IMG/VR virus record: IMGVR_UViG_3300028423_000356
Location: 71,503 to 135,502 of that record
DNA from: a virus
DNA: 64,000 bases
Strand: one strand, 5' to 3'
Positions within the stretch are counted from its first letter, which is position 1. The number at the start of each line of letters is the position of its first letter. Made by a program: the position numbers and the translations under genes. Below the pieces are notes generated by a model, which saw only the letters and a program-made list of their open reading frames with translations, was not told the origin of the DNA and made no database searches. Of the stretch, positions 47,261-57,393 are shown piece after piece.

Positions 47261-48673
47261 ATGATTACATCATTTAAAAATTACATTAATGAAGACAATA
47301 AAACAATTTACTTTACATTTGGTAGATTGAATCCGCCTACTATAGGACACGAAAAACTTTTCGACAAACTTGCAGAAAATTCTGGAAAATCATCTTATAG
47401 AATATATCTATCACACACATCAGGTTCAAAAACTAAATCTGGTGTTAATAAAGACCCTTTAGTTTATGAGAGTAAGATAAAATATTCTCGTAAAGCATTT
47501 CCAAAACATGCTCGCTCAATTGTTAAAAGTGAAAATGTGAAAACTCCATTTGACGCTTTAGTTGAGTTATATAATGAAGGATTTACTAATGTTGTGATGA
47601 TGGTTGGTAGTGACCGTTTAGAAGAATTTAATAATCGTTTAAATCTCTATAATGGTAAAGAAGGTCGTCATGGTTTCTATCTTTTTGAAAATGGTATCGA
47701 AGTTATTTCCGCAGGATTTCGTGATATTGACAGTGATGGTGTAGATGGTGCTTCATCCACTAAGTTACGTGAATATGCGAATGATGGTGATTTTAGAACA
47801 TTTTCACAGTATTTACCTGAAGGTTTAAATAACACAGAAGCAAAGAAACTTTTCAATGAAGTTCGTGTTGGACTTGGACTAAAAGAACAAACAGAATTTA
47901 AAAGACATGTTCAATTAGAACCAGTTTCTGAAGAAAGAGAAGAGTTTGTTAAGGGAAATTTGTTTCAAATAGGTGATGAAGTTGTTATTAAAGAAACATC
48001 TGAAATTGGTACAATTGAAGTTCTTGGTGCAAATTATGTTATTGTAGAATCGAATGGTAACAGGTATCGTAAATGGTTAGAGGATGTTGAATTAGTTGAA
48101 GATGGACAACCTGATTGGGGGACACCCGAATCAACTAAGAAAGCAGTTGATATGACACCTGGACAAAAAGATCCAAATAAAATATTAAAGGTATATAAAA
48201 ATTTAAAAAGAAAATCTTTAAAAGATAAAGTTGGTGATGTTGTGAGTGAACAAGAAAAATATCATAGAGGATTATCCAAATCCACAATTTCGAAGAGAAA
48301 AGCACACTTTGAAAAAGGTAAAAAAATGGATGATGATAACCCTAAAGCATATGAGCCAGCACCCGGTGATAAAAGAGCAGAAACAAAACCTTCTAAACAC
48401 ACCTTAAAATATAGAAGAATGTATGGTGAAAAATTAGAAGAGAGTTCCAAAAGTGGTTTGAAGAAAAAGGCGGAAGAATCTGGTATTTCATACTCTATTC
48501 TTAAAGATGTATATGACCGTGGTGTTGCTGCTTGGAGAACTGGTCATAGACCTGGAACAACACCTTCTCAATGGGGTTATGCAAGGGTTAACTCATTTAT
48601 AACAGGTGGTAAAACGAGAAGAACCGCAGATAAGGATTTGTGGAAAAAACATAAAGGAAATAAAAATGACTAA
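47261..48673 (+). CDS. HxGH-type nucleotidyltransferase fused to basic C-terminal domains
   Basis: FTFGRLNPPTIGH, VGSDR, SAG.RD..GASSTKLR; C-terminal YDRGVAAW..WGYARVNSF. Confidence 0.8.
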   Translation: MITSFKNYINEDNKTIYFTFGRLNPPTIGHEKLFDKLAENSGKSSYRIYLSHTSGSKTKSGVNKDPLVYESKIKYSRKAFPKHARSIVKSENVKTPFDALVELYNEGFTNVVMMVGSDRLEEFNNRLNLYNGKEGRHGFYLFENGIEVISAGFRDIDSDGVDGASSTKLREYANDGDFRTFSQYLPEGLNNTEAKKLFNEVRVGLGLKEQTEFKRHVQLEPVSEEREEFVKGNLFQIGDEVVIKETSEIGTIEVLGANYVIVESNGNRYRKWLEDVELVEDGQPDWGTPESTKKAVDMTPGQKDPNKILKVYKNLKRKSLKDKVGDVVSEQEKYHRGLSKSTISKRKAHFEKGKKMDDDNPKAYEPAPGDKRAETKPSKHTLKYRRMYGEKLEESSKSGLKKKAEESGISYSILKDVYDRGVAAWRTGHRPGTTPSQWGYARVNSFITGGKTRRTADKDLWKKHKGNKND

Positions 48674-49352
48674 TTTTGAAGAATTGAGAAATAATATTCT
48701 TAAAGAATCTAAAGAAGATAGAGAACCCGCATCCCCTGATGAAGCGTCTATGGCTTTAAAACAATCAGAATTCATTGAGTATGTTGGTAGAGAAATTGGT
48801 GAACATATCAAAATGGGGAAGGAATTCCCTGAATGGATGCAAAACAAATTAAGTGCGCTACATCAAAAAGCAAAGGATATGCATTCTACTTTAGGTGCAC
48901 ACGGTGGTGAAGATGATGGAGACATGTATGAATCTGTAAAAGATATTTCAGAAGCAGAAACCAAATTCGCTACTGGTGATAAAAAGAAACCTCTTGAAAC
49001 TGATAAAACAGCACTAGCACCTGACCGTTCTGCAGCGAAAAAACCTATCAAATACACAAAACCTGATGGTTCTATTGGTATTAAAATGGTTCCAGTTGAT
49101 CGTGATATTATTAAAAAAATCAATATTCTCAATAAAGTTAGTGATATTAGTTCATCATATGAATATGAAGATGGTGAATATATAAATGAAAAATTGAGTG
49201 TTAAAGATGGAGTTGGTGCTTGGATTTCTGATTTTAAAAATTCTGATGCCCCACAATTTAAAAACAAATCTGATAAAGAAAGACGTGATATGGCATTAGC
49301 GGCTTATCTTGCTGCTAAAAAAGAATCGGAAACACGCAAGAAAAAAATATAA
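48666..49352 (+). CDS. hypothetical (possible internal head protein)
   Basis: aagga RBS; PEWMQNKL and DFKNSDAPQFK modules. Confidence 0.55.
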   Translation: MTNFEELRNNILKESKEDREPASPDEASMALKQSEFIEYVGREIGEHIKMGKEFPEWMQNKLSALHQKAKDMHSTLGAHGGEDDGDMYESVKDISEAETKFATGDKKKPLETDKTALAPDRSAAKKPIKYTKPDGSIGIKMVPVDRDIIKKINILNKVSDISSSYEYEDGEYINEKLSVKDGVGAWISDFKNSDAPQFKNKSDKERRDMALAAYLAAKKESETRKKKI

Positions 49353-49360
49353 GGTATACT

Positions 49361-49927
49361 ATGAAACAATTTAAATCATATTTAATGGAAATGGAATTAA
49401 ATGAAGTTAGACAAGCTGTTGACTTCATGACTGAAAGGGGAATACCATTTACCGAAAATGTGTATAGACCTGGTTCAGAAAAATATTACGGTTTTTTTAA
49501 AGAAGTTAAAAAACTTGTAAATGAAGGTGTAATTGAGGTTGATGATATTAATAAAGATATATTAGAAACTGATATAGGTGAATTTGCTGAATATGAGGGT
49601 AAAATGGTTCCATTGGATATTCCATTGATTTCAGGTATAAATGAAGAAAAGGATGTTGAATTAAATAAACCTAAAAGGGGTGGTCCTAAAAAGTTTTACG
49701 TTTATGTTAAAGACCCTAAAACTAAAAATGTTAAAAAGGTTACCTTTGGTGACACAACAGGTTTAAAGGCAAAAATAAACGATCCTGAAGCAAGAAAATC
49801 ATTTGCGGCAAGACATAACTGTTCATCTAAAAAAGATAAAACAAAAGCGGGTTATTGGTCTTGTAGACTTCCAAGATATGCTAAAGCACTTGGTATGCAA
49901 GTTGATAATCCAGGGGCATTCTGGTAA
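49361..49927 (+). CDS. hypothetical protein
   Basis: KKFYVYV..KKVTFGD..RKSFAARH.C..AGYWSC. Confidence 0.6.
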   Translation: MKQFKSYLMEMELNEVRQAVDFMTERGIPFTENVYRPGSEKYYGFFKEVKKLVNEGVIEVDDINKDILETDIGEFAEYEGKMVPLDIPLISGINEEKDVELNKPKRGGPKKFYVYVKDPKTKNVKKVTFGDTTGLKAKINDPEARKSFAARHNCSSKKDKTKAGYWSCRLPRYAKALGMQVDNPGAFW

Positions 49928-50190
49928 TGAAACCTTATACTGACAAATTTAGAGATGATTGTGTTGTAAGAACTTTTTCAGTGGATAGTATTTCTGAAAA
50001 TGAATTAGAGTGGCACCGTGACGAAAAGGATAGATTTGTTACTATTTTAAATGGAAGTGGATGGTATTTTCAATTTGATAACAGTTTACCTTTTACTATG
50101 AACGTTGGTGACACTATTTTTATTAAAAAAGATTTGTTTCATAGGATACATAAAGGAAATGAAGATTTGGTGATTGAAATAAAAGAATGA
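49927..50190 (+). CDS. small cupin-fold protein
   Basis: WHRDEKDR..FHRIHKG. Confidence 0.65.
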   Translation: MKPYTDKFRDDCVVRTFSVDSISENELEWHRDEKDRFVTILNGSGWYFQFDNSLPFTMNVGDTIFIKKDLFHRIHKGNEDLVIEIKE

Positions 50191-50241
50191 CTATATTATA
50201 AATAATAATAAATAACTTCTATATTTACATGGGGAAAAGAA

Positions 50242-51261
50242 ATGAATAGAACAGATATATTAAATCTTCTTGAAGCTTGGAAAAAATCTACGACCAAAGA
50301 AGAAGAAAGAATACTAGATCCTGTTGGTAAGGATAAAAATGATGATGACATCAATAATGATGGTAAAGTAGATAGTCAAGATAAATACCTAAAAAATAGA
50401 CGTAAGGTTATATCTAAATCTATGAAAAAAGAAAATTCTTCAATTGAAGAATCATCAGATGATGTATCAAAAGACTTAGAAACACACCTAAAAAAAGATG
50501 TGGATGAAGTAGATTTCGATAAAATGGATAAAAAATATGTAAAAAAATACATTGATACTGCTGAAAAGGAAAGTGAAACACATAAAAATAAAACAGCGGA
50601 ATATGAATCAAATGGTGATTTTAAGTCTGCTGAAAAACATAAAAACAATCAAGAAAAGATTTCTAAGTTATTGAGTAAAGCAAAGAACAAGAAAAAAAGT
50701 ATGAAAGAAGATAATGAAATGAATATTAAAGATACTAGAGAAAGACATTACAAAAAAGCGGGTCCACAGGAAACAATGGATGATATGTTAAAAGGTAAAG
50801 GTGCTAAAGATATGGCGTCTGATATGAAATCTTCAGATACAACATATCATGATATTGAACAAAAAGGTGTTGATGATGTGAATAAAGCTAAAGATGCTGC
50901 ACCATCACCAAAATATCGTTCTGCAGATAATGTGAAAAACAAAGACACTTTGAAATCTCTTCGTAATAAAATAAAAGTTAAAGAAGATACACAAATTGAT
51001 GAAATTTCATCAGACTTAGCAAACCGTTACAAAACAAAAGCAGTTGCACAAAGTGGTGAAATAAATCGTAGACATGATAGAGAAGATGCTATGGGTGTAA
51101 AAGTTGATCCTGAAAAAAGAAAGAAAGAGGTTAAAAAATCTCTTAATAGGTCATCAGGGGCAATGAGAGCTTCAATGAAGATGAGAAAAGCACCTGGTGT
51201 TGGTTCTGATGCTAGAGTGGCAACTACGGGTCCAAATAAAGAACGTGGTGATTTAAAATAA
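50242..51261 (+). CDS. highly charged protein (possible internal head protein)
   Basis: DINNDGKVDSQDKYLKNRRK; late promoter 50197. Confidence 0.6.
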   Translation: MNRTDILNLLEAWKKSTTKEEERILDPVGKDKNDDDINNDGKVDSQDKYLKNRRKVISKSMKKENSSIEESSDDVSKDLETHLKKDVDEVDFDKMDKKYVKKYIDTAEKESETHKNKTAEYESNGDFKSAEKHKNNQEKISKLLSKAKNKKKSMKEDNEMNIKDTRERHYKKAGPQETMDDMLKGKGAKDMASDMKSSDTTYHDIEQKGVDDVNKAKDAAPSPKYRSADNVKNKDTLKSLRNKIKVKEDTQIDEISSDLANRYKTKAVAQSGEINRRHDREDAMGVKVDPEKRKKEVKKSLNRSSGAMRASMKMRKAPGVGSDARVATTGPNKERGDLK

Positions 51262-51286
51262 CAATATATAAAAATATTTAGTAATT

Positions 51287-51317
51287 TGGGGGGTTTTATA
51301 CCCCCTTTATTTTTTTA
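51287..51317 (+). terminator. rho-independent terminator
   Basis: ggggg..ccccc stem plus T run. Confidence 0.7.
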
Positions 51318-51351
51318 TATTATATAAATAAAATTAAAAAGGATTACAACT

Positions 51352-51786
51352 ATGATTTCAGGACCAAAGAATAGTAGACCAACATTACGTGGATGGGTTA
51401 ATCTCGCAACAAATCAATTAGTCAAAGAAGAAAGATTGACGAAAGCACAAATTGATGAATGGGAATCATCAAGAAATAAAGACGTGTCAAAAAATGAGAG
51501 AACAGTTAATGACGTAAATATAAATGATCCATTAGGGTTATCATCAATGATAGAAGATGATAAAGAGATTTCTAATGAATATGATATACCAGAAGATTTG
51601 GGACTTGAAACATTAGAAGAGTTATCTGATTCTGATTTTGAAAAAATAGAATCTTATAGGGAAATAGAAGAAAATTATCATAAATCTAAACGTAGACTTG
51701 GTGAGACAAGACTAGAAGTTATGAGAAAATCAGGTGAACTTGATTACTTTAAAAATATACTTGACAAAACACTAAATAAAAAATGA
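51352..51786 (+). CDS. hypothetical protein
   Basis: Late promoter 51323; PTLRGWVN. Confidence 0.55.
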   Translation: MISGPKNSRPTLRGWVNLATNQLVKEERLTKAQIDEWESSRNKDVSKNERTVNDVNINDPLGLSSMIEDDKEISNEYDIPEDLGLETLEELSDSDFEKIESYREIEENYHKSKRRLGETRLEVMRKSGELDYFKNILDKTLNKK

Positions 51787-52157
51787 TTAATACAATGTTT
51801 CAAACTTTAACAGAAGATAATTTAATATTATATGCCGCTAAGAATTACTATAATCCTAAGTGTATTGACATAGATGAATTCTATGAAGATTTAAATAAAT
51901 TTAAATACATTAAGAGATTGTGTAATAAGTATGAGAGAAAGGGTGAATTATCTGAAAGGTTGATATTAAACCATTTAATTGTATTATTCAATGCTTTTGG
52001 TGTAGAACCAACTTTAAGAATGATGGAATTGAAAATGAAGGGAAGTCATTGGAATATATTAAAACCTTTCTTGATATATTTAAACTTCATAAGAAATGAC
52101 CAATATACAAATATTAAAATGGATAAAAAGGTTATAGAACAATTAAGGAAAATATGA
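51783..52157 (+). CDS. conserved T4-like hypothetical
   Basis: YAAKNYYNP.C..EFYEDL..FKYIKRL..ERLILNH. Confidence 0.7.
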   Translation: MINTMFQTLTEDNLILYAAKNYYNPKCIDIDEFYEDLNKFKYIKRLCNKYERKGELSERLILNHLIVLFNAFGVEPTLRMMELKMKGSHWNILKPFLIYLNFIRNDQYTNIKMDKKVIEQLRKI

Positions 52158-52726
52158 TTATGGGAATTATAAAAAGAGCTGCTGATTTAGTTTATACATT
52201 TAGATTTATAAAACTTCTAAATACCAAATGGGAAAATTTAGAAGCATATAAACTTGGTCTCATTGATAAAAATGGTAAGAAATTAAAAAAAGCAAGAACA
52301 CCTGAAGAAAAAAGTGCATACACAATGTTTCATAGATTAGTGTATAATATTAAAAGATTGATTGGGCAGAATAAACTTGTTTCAATACCAGCATCATTTT
52401 GGCTTTTGAAAGATCATTATGGTCTTTCAGATAACCAAATAAATAAAATAATAACAGAATGTAAAATACCTGTTGATAATATTATTAATGAATCAAGTGA
52501 ATGGTTCTTAGTAGATGGTGATAAACTTGCTAAAGGATATTATACACTAAAAAACGATAAATTAATTAGTGAATCATTAGATGATTTAATAAAATCTAAT
52601 GATAGAGTAAGAATAAAAGAACACACATCACCAGTGGGTAATATAATGGGACATAACATATATGTTGTTGAACATGTTAGAACTGGTAAAGAAATATATG
52701 TAAGTATATCGGAGATTGTTAGATGA
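52154..52726 (+). CDS. conserved T4-like hypothetical
   Basis: YTFRFIKLL, AYKLGLID, FHRLVYNIKRL. Confidence 0.7.
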   Translation: MIMGIIKRAADLVYTFRFIKLLNTKWENLEAYKLGLIDKNGKKLKKARTPEEKSAYTMFHRLVYNIKRLIGQNKLVSIPASFWLLKDHYGLSDNQINKIITECKIPVDNIINESSEWFLVDGDKLAKGYYTLKNDKLISESLDDLIKSNDRVRIKEHTSPVGNIMGHNIYVVEHVRTGKEIYVSISEIVR

Positions 52727-52908
52727 AAGAAGAAATGGGAACTTCATCTGTAAGTGGTGGAACTACAACTTCAAGTATTCCAGACCCCAAAGATACTGTT
52801 CAGGGTCCAAGTAAGTTGTATAGGAGATATCGAGTTCTTGATAAAAGATATAAAAAAGACGGAAAACGTTTAAAATTATTAAAGAAATTTAAAGAAATAA
52901 GAGATTGA
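52723..52908 (+). CDS. hypothetical protein
   Basis: Coupled ATGA start. Confidence 0.5.
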   Translation: MKEEMGTSSVSGGTTTSSIPDPKDTVQGPSKLYRRYRVLDKRYKKDGKRLKLLKKFKEIRD

Positions 52909-53321
52909 TTATGAATATTTTTAAATTACTGTTATCTAGAATAACACCTAAAATATATTTAAGGATAGGAGTAACAATATTAATAGTAATATCTTCTTAC
53001 TCTTTGTATAGATATATTGAAAACATTAAAGAAGAAGTTGTGATGTTACAAAAAGATAACACAATATTAAAAAATACAGTAGATGTTCAAGAAGATGTTA
53101 TTGATAGGATAAAAACTGAACGTAAAGAGATAAATAAACTCAATAAGGATTTACAAGAAGACCTTAAAACTGTTGAAAAAGAAAATAACAGATTAAATAA
53201 ACTCTTCAGAGAACACGATTTAACTGATTTAGCAAAAAGAAAACCCGGATTAATTGAAAAAAGGATAAATGATGCAACTGAAAAAGTTTTTGATGATATT
53301 GAGTCCATTACTAATAATTAG
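52905..53321 (+). CDS. i-spanin (Rz-like)
   Basis: N-terminal TM, coiled coil, KPGLIEKRIN; overlaps a lipoprotein gene. Confidence 0.75.
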   Translation: MIMNIFKLLLSRITPKIYLRIGVTILIVISSYSLYRYIENIKEEVVMLQKDNTILKNTVDVQEDVIDRIKTERKEINKLNKDLQEDLKTVEKENNRLNKLFREHDLTDLAKRKPGLIEKRINDATEKVFDDIESITNN

Positions 53322-53616
53322 TGCTTGCACTACACCAGAACCTAAAACAATAACACAAACAAGATATGTTGAAAAGGATATACCAACTGTCTCAAGACCT
53401 CGTTCAGTTGATTTGAATGACGTTGAATTTTTTGTAGTTACAGAAGAAAATTATGAAGAGTTTAAAGAAAAATTCTTAAATAAGAATAAAGATTTAGTTT
53501 TTATTGCCATATCAGTTAAAGATTATGAAAACTTGTCTTTGAATATATCTGAATTAAAAAGATATATAGAACAACAAAAAGAAGTTATTATTTACTATGA
53601 AAAAGCAGTAAAATAA
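53269..53616 (+). CDS. o-spanin (Rz1-like lipoprotein)
   Basis: Lipobox ISAC; YENLSLN..LKRYI.QQ. Confidence 0.75.
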   Translation: MMQLKKFLMILSPLLIISACTTPEPKTITQTRYVEKDIPTVSRPRSVDLNDVEFFVVTEENYEEFKEKFLNKNKDLVFIAISVKDYENLSLNISELKRYIEQQKEVIIYYEKAVK

Positions 53617-53668
53617 CTCCATTCCCATTTAAAATATTATAAACAAACTAAAATGAAAGAGGTAAGAT

Positions 53669-55900
53669 ATGTTTGAATTTCCAAATCAGTCTACTGATGT
53701 AGACACCCGTTCCCTTATGTCAGAAACCAAGTTTTATGAAGGTTATTCACGTTGGAGTGATGAAAACAATCGTTATGAAACATGGGAAGAGTCTGTTGAA
53801 CGTGTTATGAATATGCATCGTTCTTATTACAAAGACATTATGACTGATGAATTAGAAGATTATATTTCAGAGGCAGAAGAACTTTATAAACAAAAATACG
53901 CACTTGGTGCACAAAGAGCACTTCAATTTGGTGGTGACCAACTTTTAAAACATCAAATGCGTTTATACAACTGCACAAGTTCTTATGCAGATAGACCTAG
54001 GTTCTTTTCTGAAATATTTTACATTCTTTTATGTGGAGCAGGTGCAGGATTTTCAGTTCAATATCACCACATTGATAAGTTACCTAACATATCAGAAAGA
54101 AAAAAACAAGCAAAAATATTCGAAGTAGAAGATTCAATTGAGGGGTGGGCAGATGCTCTTGGTATATTGATGTCTTCATACTTTGTTGGTGGTGGACAGT
54201 TTCCTGAATATGAAGGACGTAGAGTATATTTTGATCTATCAAAGGTTCGTCCTAAAGGTTCAATGATTTCAGGTGGATTTAAAGCACCTGGACCAGAACC
54301 ACTAAGACGTGCATTAGATAAAATTGAACATCTCTTACAAGACAGAGTTCTTAAAGGTGAAACAAGATTAAGACCCATTGATGTATATGATATTACTATG
54401 CATGCGGCTGATGCTGTTCTTGCGGGTGGTGTAAGACGTTCCGCAACTATTTGTTTATTTTCACCAGAAGATAAAGAAATGATTAATGCAAAAACAGGTA
54501 ACTGGTTCATTGATAACCCACAACGTGGTCGCTCAAACAATTCTGCAGTTATTGTAAGAGATGAAATAACAAGACCTCAATTTAAAACAATTATGAAGTC
54601 TATTAAGGAGTATGGTGAACCGGGTTTCTATTTTGTTGAAGACAAAGACTTTACAACAAACCCATGTGTTGAAATAGGTATGTTCCCACAGCATGAAGGA
54701 AAATCAGGTTGGCAAGGTTGTAACCTTACTGAAATTAATGGTGGTTTATGTTCAACAAAAGAAGAATTCTATAAAGCATGTCGTGCAGCATCTATTATGG
54801 GAACATTGCAGGCAGGTTATACAAATTTCAAATATCTTGAAGATACATCTCGTAAGATTTTTGAAAGAGAAGCATTGTTGGGTGTTTCTGTTACAGGTTG
54901 GATGAACAATCCGAATATTCTACTTGATGAAAAGACTCAGAGGTACGGAGCTGAAATTGTTAAGGAGCTGAACTCAAAGGTAGCGACGTTAATTAACATA
55001 AACCCTGCCGCACGAACTACATGCGTGAAACCTTCTGGTAATGCATCTGTATTACTTCAAACTGCATCTGGAATTCACGCAGAACACTCTCCAAGATATT
55101 TAAGACACATACAGTTAAACAAAGAAACTGAAGTCGCAAAACTAATTGCTGAAAGTAATCCATATATGGTTGAAGATTCCGTATGGAGTCAGAATAATAC
55201 AGATTATTGTATAGCATTCCCAATTATTTCACCAGAGGGATCTATTTACAGAGAAGAACTGTATTCCACTAATCTATTAGAGAAAGTCAAATTAGTTCAA
55301 CAGAACTGGGTTGAAGCAGGAACTAACAAAGATAGATGTGTTGATGAAAGAGTTCGCCATAATGTTTCAAATACTGTAAGTGTATTGCCAGAACAATGGG
55401 CAGATGTAGAAGACTACGTGTTTGAAAATAGAAAATACTTCGCAGGTATTTCATTCCTTGGAGATTATGGGGATAAAGACTTCAATCAAGCACCTAATAC
55501 TGAAGTGCTTACGCCTAGTCAGATTGTTGAGAAATATGGAACGGCAGCAATGTTTGCTTCTGGAATGATTGTTGATACACTTCGTGCTGGGTTCAGAGAC
55601 CTATGGGAAGCAACATACATTGCTCAAAATAATGATGAGAATATCGTTGGTGAACTTTCAGATATGAGAAAAGATTGGATTCGTCGTTTCAATAAGTTTG
55701 CTGAAAATTATTGTGCTGGTGATTTGAAAATGACTGAATACTGTTTGAAAGATGTGTTTTTACTCCATAAATGGAATAAGATTCAATCTAATCTGAATTC
55801 TATTTCCTTTGAAGACCAATTAAGTGAAAAGATATTCACAGACATTGACACTATGGGTGCAATTGCTTGTTCTGCTGGTGCCTGTGAAATCACATTTTAA
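53669..55900 (+). CDS. nrdJ: ribonucleotide reductase, probably class II monomeric RTPR-type
   Basis: GGVRRSA, TNPCVEI, GCNL, VKPSG, C-terminal CSAGAC; no nrdB adjacent. Confidence 0.8.
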   Translation: MFEFPNQSTDVDTRSLMSETKFYEGYSRWSDENNRYETWEESVERVMNMHRSYYKDIMTDELEDYISEAEELYKQKYALGAQRALQFGGDQLLKHQMRLYNCTSSYADRPRFFSEIFYILLCGAGAGFSVQYHHIDKLPNISERKKQAKIFEVEDSIEGWADALGILMSSYFVGGGQFPEYEGRRVYFDLSKVRPKGSMISGGFKAPGPEPLRRALDKIEHLLQDRVLKGETRLRPIDVYDITMHAADAVLAGGVRRSATICLFSPEDKEMINAKTGNWFIDNPQRGRSNNSAVIVRDEITRPQFKTIMKSIKEYGEPGFYFVEDKDFTTNPCVEIGMFPQHEGKSGWQGCNLTEINGGLCSTKEEFYKACRAASIMGTLQAGYTNFKYLEDTSRKIFEREALLGVSVTGWMNNPNILLDEKTQRYGAEIVKELNSKVATLININPAARTTCVKPSGNASVLLQTASGIHAEHSPRYLRHIQLNKETEVAKLIAESNPYMVEDSVWSQNNTDYCIAFPIISPEGSIYREELYSTNLLEKVKLVQQNWVEAGTNKDRCVDERVRHNVSNTVSVLPEQWADVEDYVFENRKYFAGISFLGDYGDKDFNQAPNTEVLTPSQIVEKYGTAAMFASGMIVDTLRAGFRDLWEATYIAQNNDENIVGELSDMRKDWIRRFNKFAENYCAGDLKMTEYCLKDVFLLHKWNKIQSNLNSISFEDQLSEKIFTDIDTMGAIACSAGACEITF

Positions 55901-55925
55901 ATCTTATATATAAAAGAAGAAAATG

Positions 55926-55951
55926 AAAGGGGATTTATAGTCCCCTTTTTT
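55926..55951 (+). terminator. rho-independent terminator
   Basis: aaagggga..tccccttt plus T run. Confidence 0.8.
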
Positions 55952-55969
55952 ATTAAATGGAGAATAGAA

Positions 55970-56101
55970 ATGGAAAGAAAATACGAAGGTGAATGTGATA
56001 TATGTAATTCTGTTATAGTTATGACAATAGTTACTGATGATGAACCCACAAGTTGCCCTTGCTGTGGTTCAGAAGTTGAGTATGAAGAAATGGAAGATTA
56101 A
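55970..56101 (+). CDS. 43 aa zinc-ribbon protein
   Basis: CDIC..CPCCG; ggag RBS; not in ORF track. Confidence 0.65.
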   Translation: MERKYEGECDICNSVIVMTIVTDDEPTSCPCCGSEVEYEEMED

Positions 56102-56508
56102 TGTGGTATTATAAAGAAGAAGAGTTCAATGAAACTCCAGAAGAATACCAAGGATTTGTTTACTGTATTACTGAAATAGATACAGGAATGAAATACATTG
56201 GTAAGAAATTCTTTTGGAAACCTAAAACACTTCCAAAAACTAAAACACGTAAAAGAAGAATAAAAACAAGAACTGAAAGTGATTGGAAAAAATATTATGG
56301 TTCTTCAAAGGAAGTGAAACAACTGATAGAAGAAAAGGGTATATCAAACTACCACAGAGAAATATTACATCTGTGTGAAACAAAGGGTGACTGTTCTTAT
56401 TATGAAATGAAAGAGCAACTGGAAAGAGATGTGTTACTCAAACCAGATGAATATTATAATGCATATGTAGGTGGTAAGATACACCGTAAACACGTGCTAA
56501 AATCCTAA
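56101..56508 (+). CDS. GIY-YIG endonuclease
   Basis: GFVYCIT..KYIGKK, YYGSS, YYN. Confidence 0.85.
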   Translation: MWYYKEEEFNETPEEYQGFVYCITEIDTGMKYIGKKFFWKPKTLPKTKTRKRRIKTRTESDWKKYYGSSKEVKQLIEEKGISNYHREILHLCETKGDCSYYEMKEQLERDVLLKPDEYYNAYVGGKIHRKHVLKS

Positions 56509-56730
56509 AAAGGTTTTAAGAGCAATTTTTTTGGCGGAAAAAATTTTTTAAATGAACCAATCTGAAAAGTGAAAAGTTTTTGAAGGTGAATTTATAGGTC
56601 GGACCCATGCCCCCCGTATATGGGGTGCCGTCTGCTATATTATTTAGCATAGGGGGGCGGGGTGCTACTACTACATATAAAAAAGGGGGCGTTGCTGCCC
56701 CCTTTTGTCTTGCTTGATATTCCTCGCTTT

Positions 56731-56946
56731 TTATGCTGTTTCTTGGATTTCCTTGACTACTTCGAATACTTCTTTCCAATCTGCATTATTTTCCATGTCA
56801 TCCCAATCTAAATGATTGCTTAGAATTTCAAGAATTTCTTCTTTTCCGATTGTGTCATCATCCCCTTTAATTCTGTTATAAATACCGTCTTCGTTATTCA
56901 TGTAAAGTGACATTTCCCAGGTTATTGTGTTTTTATATCCGTTCAT
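56731..56946 (-). CDS. small early protein
   Basis: gggag RBS; MNGYKNTITWEMSLYMNNE; promoter 57029..57056. Confidence 0.65.
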   Translation of the reverse strand: MNGYKNTITWEMSLYMNNEDGIYNRIKGDDDTIGKEEILEILSNHLDWDDMENNADWKEVFEVVKEIQETA

Positions 56947-57112
56947 AGCATTTCTCCCTTTTTTGCTATATTTTGTTGCTGCTTTCTGCTGCGGTGTGGG
57001 TTGGTGTGTTCCCCTTCCCTTATATAATATATAAGCTTTTATTTTTACTTTTTCAAGTGTTTTAGAAAGTTTTTTTATTTTTTTCCCTTCTTCGTTTTTG
57101 CTGCATCCACCC

Positions 57113-57322
57113 TTATTTTTGTAACTCTTTAACTCGGTCAAATATATCTTGCTCGATTTCTACCAATTCTGCCAAATCTTTTTTGTAGTGTGTTAATTTA
57201 TTTTTTACGCTTCTCAATTCTTCCAAGTTGACCGGAGTCGGATTGCTTTCCAAAAACTTCGCCGCTTCTTCTAAGTTGCTAACCATCTTTTTTATGTTGT
57301 TTATTTTTGCATCTATACTCAT
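57113..57322 (-). CDS. small early coiled-coil protein
   Basis: gggag RBS; promoter 57359..57386. Confidence 0.6.
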   Translation of the reverse strand: MSIDAKINNIKKMVSNLEEAAKFLESNPTPVNLEELRSVKNKLTHYKKDLAELVEIEQDIFDRVKELQK

Positions 57323-57358
57323 TTGGAAAACTCCCTTTTTTTATTTCCTATAATAATA

Positions 57359-57386
57359 ATATAGTATAATATTTTCCCAATGTCAA
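57359..57386 (-). promoter_or_regulatory. sigma70-type promoter (one of five on minus strand)
   Basis: TTGAC-N17-CTATAT; similar at 57029, 58139, 58797, 59343. Confidence 0.75.
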
Positions 57387-57393
57387 TAGTTTT

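Noticed and set aside
56516-56779. 87-aa minus-strand ORF
   Set aside because: No RBS; runs through hairpins and the GC-rich non-coding junction
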